A stretch of 34,706 bases of DNA from Candidatus Hadarchaeales archaeon (GTDB taxonomy: Archaea > Hadarchaeota > Hadarchaeia > Hadarchaeales > Hadarchaeaceae). The notes below the pieces were generated by a model. It was not told the origin of the DNA, ran no database searches, and saw nothing but the letters and a program-made list of their open reading frames with translations. The translations under genes and the position numbers were made by a program. This document shows, piece by piece, positions 1 to 9,060 of the stretch (position 1 is the stretch's first letter; every line of letters begins with the position of its first letter). The DNA is taken from NCBI GenBank assembly GCA_038851565.1, contig JAWCKV010000004.1, forward strand, positions 1-34,706, written 5' to 3'.

Positions 1-1
1 C

Positions 2-721
2 TACGCATGCACCCTTGATGGTCAGGTGTACGCGCTGAACGCGTCCACAGGCGGCCTGCTCTGGGAAAAAAGCCTCAACGGCTCCCCGCTTGCCCCGGCT
101 GCCGTTGAAGCTGTCCTGGTTGTTGCCACGCGTGAAGGGGAGGTGACGGCGTTTGACAGAAACGGCGGAGTCATGTGGAGGAGCTCATTTGAGGATGGGA
201 TAACGTATGGTCCAGCAATTCACAACGGTGGGGTCTGGTTTGCCACCGGAAAAAAGCTCTTTGTGATGGAAAATGGAAACGTTGAAAAGGTGCTGGAATT
301 CCAGGCCAGCGTCACATCGTTTTCCCTCAAGGATGGAGAGGCGTACGTCTGCCTTGAGGACGGCACCGTGAGGTCGGTTAAGGATGGAGAAGTTGGATGG
401 TCATTCACCTCCCCGGCAGGTGCGCCTCACTCGATGGCTGTGGCCGAAAACACGATCTTCGTGTCGTGCGGAAACAGGCTTTTCTGCCTTGAACACGGCA
501 CGGGGGAGGCGATATGGGAGATGTGCATCCGGGGGGACTCACTGGCTGTCGCCTACGGTAAGATTTTCATGACATCGGAAGATGGAGGGATATACTGCAT
601 CGGAAGCTGGGGAAAGGCGCAGAACGAGAGCTTCATTGCCGGACTGGCATACATCTGCGCTGCGGCTGTCCTCGCGTTTCTCCTGTACATGCTTGGAAGG
701 AAAACGGGCAAGAGAAGGTAG
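2..721 (+). CDS. PQQ-like/BamB-type beta-propeller repeat protein with C-terminal membrane anchor (5'-partial)
   Basis: Frame is open from position 2 (YACTLDGQVYALNASTGGLLW). Repeated 'ALdxxTGxxxW' blades. Hydrophobic C-terminal helix followed by a basic tail (GRKTGKRR). Confidence 0.8.
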   Translation, partial: YACTLDGQVYALNASTGGLLWEKSLNGSPLAPAAVEAVLVVATREGEVTAFDRNGGVMWRSSFEDGITYGPAIHNGGVWFATGKKLFVMENGNVEKVLEFQASVTSFSLKDGEAYVCLEDGTVRSVKDGEVGWSFTSPAGAPHSMAVAENTIFVSCGNRLFCLEHGTGEAIWEMCIRGDSLAVAYGKIFMTSEDGGIYCIGSWGKAQNESFIAGLAYICAAAVLAFLLYMLGRKTGKRR

Positions 722-722
722 C

Positions 723-1958
723 CTATCCTGATCCTATGCCTCCCTCCTCCCCGGAGGCGTGCCTGAATGCCCTCACCATCAGGAACGGGGACGCAAGGGT
801 TGTGACCAGAACTATCAGCACTGTCATTGAGAGAAGGCCGTGCGCAACCACGCCGGACCTCACGCCTATTGCGGCTATCACGAGCGCGACCTCGGCCCGG
901 GGAATCATCCCCACGCCCACCCTGAGGGAATCCATGCCCGAGAACCCGCCCACAAGGGCACCTCCGCCACAGCCAACGATCTTGCTGAGGAAGGCTGCGG
1001 CGATTATCGCCGCGCCTGCCAGAAGCCCCACTCCGGCCAGCTCGCCGAAGTCCATCCTTATCCCCATCTCGGTGAAAAAGATCGGTATGAAGAGCGCATA
1101 TCCCATGCTGGTGACCTTATCCCTCAGCGACCTGGCGACCGGAAGCTTGCTCATAACAATACCAGCCAAAAAGGCGCCCGTGATTGCAGCGAGGCGCACC
1201 AGCTCCGCCAGAGCGCTCACGACAAACACCACCACGAGGGCTAGGGCCAGGGCCATCTCCTCTACCTGAAATTTTCCGATGAACCGCATGAGCCTTGGGA
1301 GTATCCTGAAGCCGAGCACGAGCACCAGCACGATGAACGCCGCCATGAGGATGATGGTCTCCGAGATCCCCATTATGGAGAGGGAGCCCATCACAATTCC
1401 TGAAAGTATGCTCAGGACCATTATGCCCAGAACATCGTCGATGACCGCCGCCTCCAGAATTGCCGTCCCGACTCGCGTGTGAAGTTTTCCGAGATCGACA
1501 AGAGTCCTCACGGTTATGCCAACGCTCGTGGCTGTGAGAACTGCTCCGAGAAAGGCGGCTTCAATCGATCCCCACCCTGCAAGCCAGGCCACGCCGAAAC
1601 CGAACATGAAAGACGCCAACACGCCGCCGCCTGCTATGAGGCTGGATACCTTCCCCGCACTTTTGAATTCATCCAAGTCGACGGAAAGGCCTGCGAGAAA
1701 TAGCAGGAGGATTATTCCGATGTTGCTGAAAACGCTGAGCGCCTGACCGGCCGGGGAATACATGTTTATGAAAAGGGAGGTGCCGAGAAGCGCGTTCGAT
1801 ATCTGGCCTGCGACGAACGGTCCGAGCAACATGCCTGAGATGAGCTCTCCGATCACGGGCGGCTGTCCCAACCTGGAGAAGAGCTCTCCGCTGAGCTTCG
1901 CGGCAAGCAGTACCACCGCAAGGTACACAAGGACCGATGAGAGCTCCATTTCGTTCAT
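723..1958 (-). CDS. Cation:proton antiporter, CPA2 (NapA/KefB-like) family
   Basis: About 12 hydrophobic segments with motifs GxILLLFLAGL, ATSVGIT, AVIDD and GMIPRAEVALV. Confidence 0.9.
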   Translation of the reverse strand: MNEMELSSVLVYLAVVLLAAKLSGELFSRLGQPPVIGELISGMLLGPFVAGQISNALLGTSLFINMYSPAGQALSVFSNIGIILLLFLAGLSVDLDEFKSAGKVSSLIAGGGVLASFMFGFGVAWLAGWGSIEAAFLGAVLTATSVGITVRTLVDLGKLHTRVGTAILEAAVIDDVLGIMVLSILSGIVMGSLSIMGISETIILMAAFIVLVLVLGFRILPRLMRFIGKFQVEEMALALALVVVFVVSALAELVRLAAITGAFLAGIVMSKLPVARSLRDKVTSMGYALFIPIFFTEMGIRMDFGELAGVGLLAGAAIIAAAFLSKIVGCGGGALVGGFSGMDSLRVGVGMIPRAEVALVIAAIGVRSGVVAHGLLSMTVLIVLVTTLASPFLMVRAFRHASGEEGGIGSG

Positions 1959-1993
1959 CCAGCCTGCCCTCTGCCGCCTTTACAGATGCCTCC

Positions 1994-2461
1994 TTACCTG
2001 AGCAGCCTGTAGAACTCCACTATGTTCCTCAGGCAGATGAGACCAACGAGTTTGCCCTTCTCGGTGACCGGCAGATGCCTGAGCTTGTGGGCGGCCATTA
2101 TGTTCAAGACCTCATCTATGCTCATGTCGGGGCTCACCGTCACGGGATCCCTGGTCATTATCTCCTCCACCCTTGTGGCCAGTTTCTTCTTCAGGTCCCT
2201 CACAGTTGCAGGACCAACCACTGATCTCTTCGATGGAACCTGAAGGATGTGCAGCACATCGCTCTCTGTCACTATGCCGACGAGTTTTTCGTTCTCATCG
2301 ACAACCGGGAAACATCCCTCTATCTGTGACAGGAGGCGTTCGATCATCTCATCTATGGGGGTTTCAGGCCTCACCTTTCTGGGCCTTGTGTTCATGACCT
2401 CCCTCACCCTCACGAGGGCTAGCTGTGACGGGCTTATGGGCCTCCTTTCTGCGATCCGCAT
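1994..2461 (-). CDS. CBS-domain pair protein
   Basis: Two CBS repeats: VREVM...FPVVDENEKLVGIVTESD and VEEIMTRDPVTV...HLPVTEKGKLVGLI. Confidence 0.9.
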   Translation of the reverse strand: MRIAERRPISPSQLALVRVREVMNTRPRKVRPETPIDEMIERLLSQIEGCFPVVDENEKLVGIVTESDVLHILQVPSKRSVVGPATVRDLKKKLATRVEEIMTRDPVTVSPDMSIDEVLNIMAAHKLRHLPVTEKGKLVGLICLRNIVEFYRLLR

Positions 2462-2585
2462 CCCCTGCGATTGTTATCGCAGAGGCTCTAATAAGCGTTG
2501 GGAGGACTGCCCGCTAAAAACGTGACAGGGTTGGTGGGATGCCAACTCGCTTTCATTCCTTCGAAATTCACGCGGTTTCTGCGCA

Positions 2586-2837
2586 TTACTTTCGATATGC
2601 TGTGCGCCGATGTCTAACATATTGGATTTCGACTGAAGTTTCGCTTTTTATCCTGTAGATAATCCTGTAGTCTCCGGCCCGCAGTTTCCAATATCCTTCC
2701 CATTCTCCGTGGAGTTTATCGCCCGCACGTATATCGTCAAACAATTCGTCTATCGCCAGCTCTATCTGTCGCTTGGTCTTTTCAGGTAGCTTTTTTATGT
2801 CTCGCAACGCTCTTCTGGTGAAAGTAATCTCTATCAT
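2586..2837 (-). CDS. Type II toxin, RelE/ParE family
   Basis: 83 aa basic protein with FTRRALRDIKKL...KLHG...WKLRAGDYRIIY...VRHRR, directly downstream of an antitoxin gene. Confidence 0.88.
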   Translation of the reverse strand: MIEITFTRRALRDIKKLPEKTKRQIELAIDELFDDIRAGDKLHGEWEGYWKLRAGDYRIIYRIKSETSVEIQYVRHRRTAYRK

Positions 2838-2861
2838 TTCAATGCCAGTTGTACTAGAGTT

Positions 2862-3161
2862 TTATCTTGCTCTCCTCACGCGCGGCGGCTGGTGGCCAAA
2901 CACTTCCTCGTAAGTGTAAATCCTTCGCGCCGCTGAGTCCTCCTGAGCTTCTCTAAGCGCCCGCAATGCTGCCGGATCTGCCATCTCCTCGAGGGTGGCC
3001 ATCATGCTGTTGTACTCTTTCGCCCCGATTAAGACCGCCACTGGCTTTCCTTTTCGGCTCACGACGATCTGCTTTCCCGCTTCAGCATCACGGAGCAAGC
3101 TGGGCAATTTTCGGTGCGCTTCTTTTACTCCCACAATCCTTCCGACCACTGAAATCCCCAA
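2862..3161 (-). CDS. Type II antitoxin, Phd/YefM family (start may be a slightly downstream GTG)
   Basis: VKEAHRKLPSLLRDAEAGKQIVVSRKGKPVAVLI matches the Phd/YefM N-terminal fold; acidic C-terminal half. Confidence 0.88.
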   Translation of the reverse strand: MGISVVGRIVGVKEAHRKLPSLLRDAEAGKQIVVSRKGKPVAVLIGAKEYNSMMATLEEMADPAALRALREAQEDSAARRIYTYEEVFGHQPPRVRRAR

Positions 3162-3188
3162 TTAACAGTTATTTTTCATGTATTTATG

Positions 3189-3212
3189 GGTATATACCAA
3201 GGTTAATACCAA
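3189..3212. promoter_or_regulatory. Putative TA operator: tandem near-palindromes GGTATATACCAA-GGTTAATACCAA
   Basis: Perfect 10-bp palindrome GGTATATACC (3189-3198) followed by a 2-mismatch copy, about 30-50 bp upstream of the antitoxin and overlapping TATA-like sequence. Confidence 0.5.
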
Positions 3213-3222
3213 GATCAAAACT

Positions 3223-3300
3223 TGGTGGGGTCGCCGAGATTTGAACTCGGGTCACCGGCTCCCGAAGCCGGCAGGATGGACCAGTCTACCCCACGACCCC
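3223..3300 (-). tRNA. tRNA-Pro(CGG), intronless, CCA encoded
   Basis: Reverse complement is GGGGTCG...CCGGC-TTCGGGA-GCCGG...CCGAG-TTCAAAT-CTCGG-CGACCCC-A-CCA, a full cloverleaf with anticodon CGG. Confidence 0.96.
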
Positions 3301-3347
3301 TAAGAAGATCGCAGCGTCAAAAGTAAAAACTTACCGAAATGCCGGGC

Positions 3348-4556
3348 TCAGATCTCCTTTCTTCCCTCTAGCAGCTTTTCAAGTTCCTTCTCAAGCCAGG
3401 ACACCGGGATCTCCTGAACCGATATCCTGCTCTCCCTTTCTCCCCCAACTTGCTTCAGGTCCACCAGCCCGAGCCCCTCCATCCTGTTGAGGTACTCCCA
3501 GAACTGACTCTTCTTTCTAGGCTCCTCACCGTATTCCTCGCACGATGCGGCGTAGGCCTTCTCCAGCTCGCCGCTTACAACATAGGCCCTTCCCGAGGAT
3601 TTCAGCTTCCTGCAAAGGGACAGGAGCAATATCTTCTCGTGGGGGAGAAGCTCGCGTAGAACCTCGCGCTTCACAACCGGGTAGACCTCGGCCTTGGCCT
3701 CCCTCACGTGCTCCGGGGTGACCGTTCTCTCCGTCCTCCCGTCCGCGATCAGTCCGGCCCTCCAGAGGAGCTCGAGCGCAAATCTCGCGTCCCCGGTCGA
3801 TGACGCTATATCCGCTATGAGGTCGAGCGCCTCCTCCTCAACCGTCCCCGACCTGAAGGCCTCGCTGACCCTCTGGGAGAGGATGTCCCTGAGCTGACCG
3901 GCGGAGTATCTGTTGAGCTCGAGGACGTTGTGCATGAAGGTGCTCTGGGTGGACAGGTCCATCTTCCTTAGGAAATCCCTGTCCTTCGCTATGGCTATCA
4001 CGCTTATCCGGTTTGGCAGGCCCGCCTCCTCCCATGCCCTGGTCAGGGTGTAGATGAGGTCCGGTCCGTTGAGGAGCACGTAGTAATCGGCCTCATCTAG
4101 CCCGATGACCAGGTATGCATCATGCGCCTTCATGTAGGTCTTCACAACGTCAAGCAGCTTTTCTGGAGAGAGCCCGTGATGCGGCCACCTCGGGTTGTAG
4201 TGGTGGTGGATCCTGGAGACAACCGAGAAGTAGCTCTTCTCCTTCCTGCAGTTTATGTGCAGGTAGCTCAGGTTCAATCCCTTCCCCTTGGCCTCGGATT
4301 CCAACTCACTGCCGAATCTTCTGGCCAGGGCGGTTTTTCCCACCCCCACGCTTCCTGTGATGAGGACCCTCTGGCTCATCCTGTTCTCAAGCAGGGGCCT
4401 GAACACCCTGACGAGCCACCTGAACTCCTCCTCCCTGTGAACGAGAACTGGAGGAACATAGTCCGGTGAAAGCTTGCTCGCATCCCTGAAGACCGAGGGC
4501 CTCTCCAGCTCCTCCTCAAACAGCCTCCTCATCTCCACCCAATATGAACTCCGCAT
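3348..4556 (-). CDS. cdc6: Orc1/Cdc6 replication initiator family protein (divergent paralogue)
   Basis: VFRDASKLSPDYVP..LVHREEE, Walker A GSVGVGKT, Walker B LDEAD, GDARFALELL, C-terminal winged-helix region. Confidence 0.9.
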   Translation of the reverse strand: MRSSYWVEMRRLFEEELERPSVFRDASKLSPDYVPPVLVHREEEFRWLVRVFRPLLENRMSQRVLITGSVGVGKTALARRFGSELESEAKGKGLNLSYLHINCRKEKSYFSVVSRIHHHYNPRWPHHGLSPEKLLDVVKTYMKAHDAYLVIGLDEADYYVLLNGPDLIYTLTRAWEEAGLPNRISVIAIAKDRDFLRKMDLSTQSTFMHNVLELNRYSAGQLRDILSQRVSEAFRSGTVEEEALDLIADIASSTGDARFALELLWRAGLIADGRTERTVTPEHVREAKAEVYPVVKREVLRELLPHEKILLLSLCRKLKSSGRAYVVSGELEKAYAASCEEYGEEPRKKSQFWEYLNRMEGLGLVDLKQVGGERESRISVQEIPVSWLEKELEKLLEGRKEI

Positions 4557-4577
4557 AGGTGCCTAAAAACAGGACAA

Positions 4578-5684
4578 TTAGGCTACCTTCACCATGTGCG
4601 TCTGGAGATAACCGGTGATAACGGGGATATATCCCCTCAGCTCTTTGTCCAGTTCCGGATCACCGGTGTCGACCTTGAGCACCGGGGTCAGACTGAGCTT
4701 CTGAGGAGTCGCCAGCACTATTATGTTCTTCCTGCCGACCTTCCTTATCACCTTGGGGCTTATCTGCTGGTTGCCCCTCCCGAAGATGAATCCCTGTCTC
4801 CCCAGAGGGCTGACCACGATCGAGGCTGGCCTGCCCTCTATCTCCTCCAGTATCTGCCTCTCGTTGACATCCTTCCCCACGAGCTTGTAGTCCCTTACGA
4901 GGTCAACTCCCAGAAGGGTTGAGTCATAAATTCCCAGCTCCTCAGCCACGGCCCTCGTGGTGGTTCCTGGTCCGAGGATGTAGGTCCTGCCCCCCTCCAT
5001 GAGCTCAACCATCCATCTTGCTATGGCCTTCTGATCTGCCACCTCTAGGCCAGAACTGCCCTCCTTGCCCGCCTGCATCATCACAGGTTCATACGGCACC
5101 ATGAGGTATCCCCTGAGGGTCGCGGCAAGCTCATCCTTGCGGTAGGCTTCCTCGTCTATGTCCATCACCTCTGCCTCCCTCAGCGGCAACCCCTGGGAGA
5201 GAAAGAGCGCTGCCACATCGCCGGCTGCCTCGGGCGTGTTCGCGAAGACCGCGGAATATATCTTTACCCCTGATGGCACGCCGAGAACCGGCACGCTCGC
5301 CCCGGCTGCCTCGTAAACATCCCTAGCGGTTCCATCCCCTCCCACGAAAAGTATGAGCTCCGCCCCCCTCTCGATCATTCCCCTCACGGCCCTTTTCGTG
5401 TCATCAGCCGTTGTCTGACCTGGATTTATCTCCCCGAAGACCTCCACCGGGAGGCCGCACTCCCTCGCCCATCTCTCCCCCATCTCTCCCGGGTAGGTGA
5501 TGATCCTGAGGCTCTCCTTGAGCGGCAGGAGCCTCTTCAGCGCCTCAACCGCCCTTCGCGGCGAAACCGGCTCCGCTCCAAGCTCCATCGCCCTCCTCAG
5601 GGCCTCCGGACCGTCTGTTCCCTTCAGGCCAACCCTTCCGCCCATGCCCGCTATCGGGTTTACCACAACCCCTATCTTTTTCAT
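4578..5684 (-). CDS. ATP-NAD kinase / AcoX-like family protein
   Basis: VNPIAGMGGRVGLKGTDG, GGDGTARD, GVPSGVKIYSAVFA, GFIFGRGNQQIS. Confidence 0.85.
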   Translation of the reverse strand: MKKIGVVVNPIAGMGGRVGLKGTDGPEALRRAMELGAEPVSPRRAVEALKRLLPLKESLRIITYPGEMGERWARECGLPVEVFGEINPGQTTADDTKRAVRGMIERGAELILFVGGDGTARDVYEAAGASVPVLGVPSGVKIYSAVFANTPEAAGDVAALFLSQGLPLREAEVMDIDEEAYRKDELAATLRGYLMVPYEPVMMQAGKEGSSGLEVADQKAIARWMVELMEGGRTYILGPGTTTRAVAEELGIYDSTLLGVDLVRDYKLVGKDVNERQILEEIEGRPASIVVSPLGRQGFIFGRGNQQISPKVIRKVGRKNIIVLATPQKLSLTPVLKVDTGDPELDKELRGYIPVITGYLQTHMVKVA

Positions 5685-7210
5685 CGAAACGTCCCCAGGC
5701 CCATGCCTGCCCTGCCTTGCTCCTTGATGCGCATCCTCCAGCTGAGAACTGGCTCCCTTGCGGCCTTTAGCTCGTCCAGCCTTCCTATGGCAGTGCTCAG
5801 GGGGGCCGAGCGCAGCACTTCCGGCCTCTGCCTTGCATCCCTCTCTATCTCGCGCATCGCTCTCGCGAACCTGTCCAGCTCCTCCTTCGGCTCGGTCTCC
5901 GTGGGCTCCACCATAAGCGCCTCGGGCACTATCGGTGGGAAATAGTAGATGGGCGCGTGCATTCCGTAGTCCAGGATGCGCTTCGCCACGTCCCTTGCCG
6001 TTATTCCGGTTTCCCTCTTCAGCGGCTCAGCGGTGAATACCACCTCGTGCTTGCATATCCCATCGAAGGCTGGCCTGAACCCTTCAATCTCGGAGACCTT
6101 ATTCCTCACGTAGTTGGCGTTCACGACCGCCGCCTCCGTAGCTTCCCTCAGGCCCTCCTCGCCCATCATGAGGATGTATGTGTATGCCCTCACGAGCACC
6201 CCAAAGTTACCGTAGAATGCCTTTATCTTCCCTATGGACTCCGGCCTGTTGTAATCTAGATAGTACCTTCCGTTCTTCTCATCGTGCTCGACCACCGGAA
6301 CTGGAATGAACTTCTCCAGCCTCTCCCCAACCCCGACCGGTCCCGCACCCGGCCCTCCTCCTCCGTGTGGGGAGGAGAAGGTCTTGTGGAGGTTGAAGTG
6401 AACGACGTCAAATCCCATGTCTCCGGGCCTAGCCCTTCCCAGTATGCCGTTCATGTTCGCGCCGTCGTAGTAGAGGAGCCCTCCCGCATCATGGACCATC
6501 ACTGAGATATCCTTTATCCTGTCCTCGAAGAGCCCCAGCGTGTTCGGATTCGTCATCATCATCGCCGCCGTCCTGTCTGAGAGGGCCGCCTCAAGCGCCT
6601 CCATGTCAACCCTGCCGCGCGAATCCGATGGAATGACCCTGACCTCGAATCCTGCCATGGCGGCGCTAGCGAAGTTAGTGCCGTGGGCAGAATCCGGGAT
6701 CAGCACCTCGGTTCTTCTTTCGCCAATTGATCTATGATACGCCCTTATCAGGAGAAGTCCCAGAAGCTCCCCGTGGGCACCTGCTGCTGGCTGGAGGCAG
6801 ACCCTCTTCATTCCAGCGATCTCCGCAAGCATTCTCTCCAGCCTGTACATTATCTCCAGGCATCCCTGGACCGTGCTCTCGTCCTGATATGGATGGACGT
6901 TTGCGCTCTCGTCCAGGCCAGCCATCTCGTCGCATATCTTCGGGTTGTATTTCATCGTGCACGATCCTATCGGATAGAAAACCAGGTCTATGCAGTAGTT
7001 CATCTGCGAGAGCCTTGTGTAATGCCTGACGACCTCTGGCTCGGAAAGCTCTGGCAGGTTCAGCGATCTCCTCCTGAGGTTTTCAGGTACCTCCGGCTCT
7101 GCCAGCCTCTGGCCCGGGAAGGAGACGCCTTTCCTCCCGGGCCTGCTGAGCTCAAAGACCAGCGGCTCCAGGCCTGACTCCGTGCCCCATCTCGCCTGCC
7201 TGAAGCTCAT
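5681..7210 (-). CDS. gcvPB: Glycine dehydrogenase (decarboxylating) subunit 2
   Basis: GSCTMKYNP, QPAAGAHGE, SAHGTN, PLP motif NLHKTFSSPHGGGGPG. Start MSFRQARW overlaps the gcvPA stop (ATGA at 7207-7210). Confidence 0.95.
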   Translation of the reverse strand: MSFRQARWGTESGLEPLVFELSRPGRKGVSFPGQRLAEPEVPENLRRRSLNLPELSEPEVVRHYTRLSQMNYCIDLVFYPIGSCTMKYNPKICDEMAGLDESANVHPYQDESTVQGCLEIMYRLERMLAEIAGMKRVCLQPAAGAHGELLGLLLIRAYHRSIGERRTEVLIPDSAHGTNFASAAMAGFEVRVIPSDSRGRVDMEALEAALSDRTAAMMMTNPNTLGLFEDRIKDISVMVHDAGGLLYYDGANMNGILGRARPGDMGFDVVHFNLHKTFSSPHGGGGPGAGPVGVGERLEKFIPVPVVEHDEKNGRYYLDYNRPESIGKIKAFYGNFGVLVRAYTYILMMGEEGLREATEAAVVNANYVRNKVSEIEGFRPAFDGICKHEVVFTAEPLKRETGITARDVAKRILDYGMHAPIYYFPPIVPEALMVEPTETEPKEELDRFARAMREIERDARQRPEVLRSAPLSTAIGRLDELKAAREPVLSWRMRIKEQGRAGMGLGTFR

Positions 7211-8589
7211 GCCCTTCCCCCCATAATCTCCGCCACCGCGTCCGCGAACCTGTCCAGGTCCTCCTTCGTGTGGACCTCCGTCGTGCACAAAAGTGAGGAC
7301 TCACCGAGCCACGTGAATTCGCCCCTAAGCGGCTTTCCTCCGTGAACCCCTTTCCGAAGGAGCTCTGAGTTCAGCGCGTATGCCGTCTTTCCTGTGCACC
7401 TCATCACGAACTCGTTGAAGTGAGGGGACTCAAACAAGGGCGCCTGCACTCCTTTTATCTCGCCGAGCCTTTTCATCAGATATTTTGCGTTGGAGGCGCA
7501 TATCTCCGCCACCTCCCTGAGGCCGGCTGGCCCAAGCGAGGCCAAGTATACGGCCGCAGCTATAGCGCAGAGCGTCTCATTTGAACATATGTTCGATGTC
7601 GCCCTCTCCCGCCTTATGTGCTGCTCCCTTGTCTGAAGCGCCATGACGAAACCCCTCATTTTCCCATCAACCGTCGTGGTCATCCCGGAGATACGGCCCG
7701 GAAGCGTCCTTATCATCCTCTCCTCGCCCCTGCAGGCGAATATTCCCAGCGTCGGCCCGCCGAAGCTCACAGGATTTCCAAGCGGCTGCCCCTCCCCGAC
7801 GACTATGTCAGCTCCGTACTCTCCCGGAGGTTTAAGTATGCCGAGCGAGATGGGGTTAACGCCGACAACGAAGATGGCGCCGGCCCCGTGCGCCATCCGC
7901 TCTATCTCGTCCACCTGCGTCTCCAGAAATCCCAGGTACGCCGGATTCTCTATGTAAACTCCCGCCACTCCCCCATCCAGCTTCCTCCTCAGGTCTCCTA
8001 GGTCCACCTGACCGGTCCTCTCATCGTGTTTTACCTCCACGACATCGATTCCGGGGCCCGAGGTGTAGTTCAGCAGAACTGAGAGGCGTTCCCTGGACAT
8101 CAGATCGGGAACAAGAAACCTCTTCCTCCCGGTTAATCTGCAGCACATGAGGGCGGCCTCACCAAGAGCGGTCGCCCAGTCATACATCGATGCATTTGCC
8201 ACCTCAAGGCCCACAAGCTCGCATATCATGCTCTGGTACTCGAAAAGCGCCTGCAGGACGCCCTGGCTGACCTCGGCCTGATAGGGCGTGTAGGAGGTCA
8301 GATATTCTGCCCTTGAGATGAGCGCCCTGACATGGGACGGAACATGATGATGCCAAACGCCTCCCCCCAGAAAAGCCGGCATTTCGGACAGGGAAACGTT
8401 TTTGGACAGGATCTCCCTCACGTGGCGCCTGATCTCCTGCTCCGACATCCTGGGCGGCAGGCTCAGCGGACGCCCCAGCCTCACCTCCTCGGGAATATCG
8501 GAAAAAAGATCGTCAACGCTGGCCACTCCTATCTCCGCCAGCATCTCCTCCCTGATCTTCCCGAAGTTGGGAATGTAGTGGTGGCTCAT
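7207..8589 (-). CDS. gcvPA: Glycine dehydrogenase (decarboxylating) subunit 1
   Basis: YTPYQAEVSQG, NASMYD, FGGP, QTREQHIRRERATSNICSN. Start taken at MSHHYIPN. Confidence 0.95.
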   Translation of the reverse strand: MSHHYIPNFGKIREEMLAEIGVASVDDLFSDIPEEVRLGRPLSLPPRMSEQEIRRHVREILSKNVSLSEMPAFLGGGVWHHHVPSHVRALISRAEYLTSYTPYQAEVSQGVLQALFEYQSMICELVGLEVANASMYDWATALGEAALMCCRLTGRKRFLVPDLMSRERLSVLLNYTSGPGIDVVEVKHDERTGQVDLGDLRRKLDGGVAGVYIENPAYLGFLETQVDEIERMAHGAGAIFVVGVNPISLGILKPPGEYGADIVVGEGQPLGNPVSFGGPTLGIFACRGEERMIRTLPGRISGMTTTVDGKMRGFVMALQTREQHIRRERATSNICSNETLCAIAAAVYLASLGPAGLREVAEICASNAKYLMKRLGEIKGVQAPLFESPHFNEFVMRCTGKTAYALNSELLRKGVHGGKPLRGEFTWLGESSLLCTTEVHTKEDLDRFADAVAEIMGGRA

Positions 8590-8599
8590 CTTCCTGCAC

Positions 8600-9022
8600 T
8601 TACCCAAGCGCTTTCAAATACTCTTCGTATTCCCTCGCGCTCATCAGTTTTTTGATCTCATCAGGGTCCTTGGGCTCTATCGTGCATATCCATCCACGAT
8701 CGTATGGGCTTGTGTTCACGAGCTCGGGTCGATCCCTCAGCTCTGCGTTCACTTCCCTTATTGTCCCGCTCACCGGAGCATAAACCGCAGACACGGCCTT
8801 TATGGACTCGAGGATGGCTACCTCCATGTCCCTCTCCTTTTTATCCCCGAGTTGCCTCACCGACTTACCCACGCTTGGGAGCTCCACATACACGACATCG
8901 CCAAGCTTTGCCTGTGCGTAATCAGTGACCCCAACCCTCACCACTTTTCCCTCTGCCCTCGCCCACTCGTGGTCCTTCGTGTAGCGGAGGTCCTCTGGAA
9001 TTTTTATTTCGCCCCTGCCCAT
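8600..9022 (-). CDS. gcvH: Glycine cleavage system H protein
   Basis: YTKDHEW, GVTDYAQAKLGDVVYVELP, lipoyl-Lys motif ESIKAVSAVYAPVSG, PELVNTSPY..GW. Start taken at MGRGEIKIP. Confidence 0.95.
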   Translation of the reverse strand: MGRGEIKIPEDLRYTKDHEWARAEGKVVRVGVTDYAQAKLGDVVYVELPSVGKSVRQLGDKKERDMEVAILESIKAVSAVYAPVSGTIREVNAELRDRPELVNTSPYDRGWICTIEPKDPDEIKKLMSAREYEEYLKALG

Positions 9023-9060
9023 CTTCGCACCTTTTCCACTCTTCAGCTCCAGTAAAAACC

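Noticed and set aside
7211..7288. 5' extensions given by the ORF track for gcvPB (also gcvH, lipS2, the ABC genes, cdc6 at 30519 and DP1 at 31798)
   Set aside because: They overlap upstream genes; downstream ATGs coincide with stop-start overlaps or RBSs and with the start of family similarity
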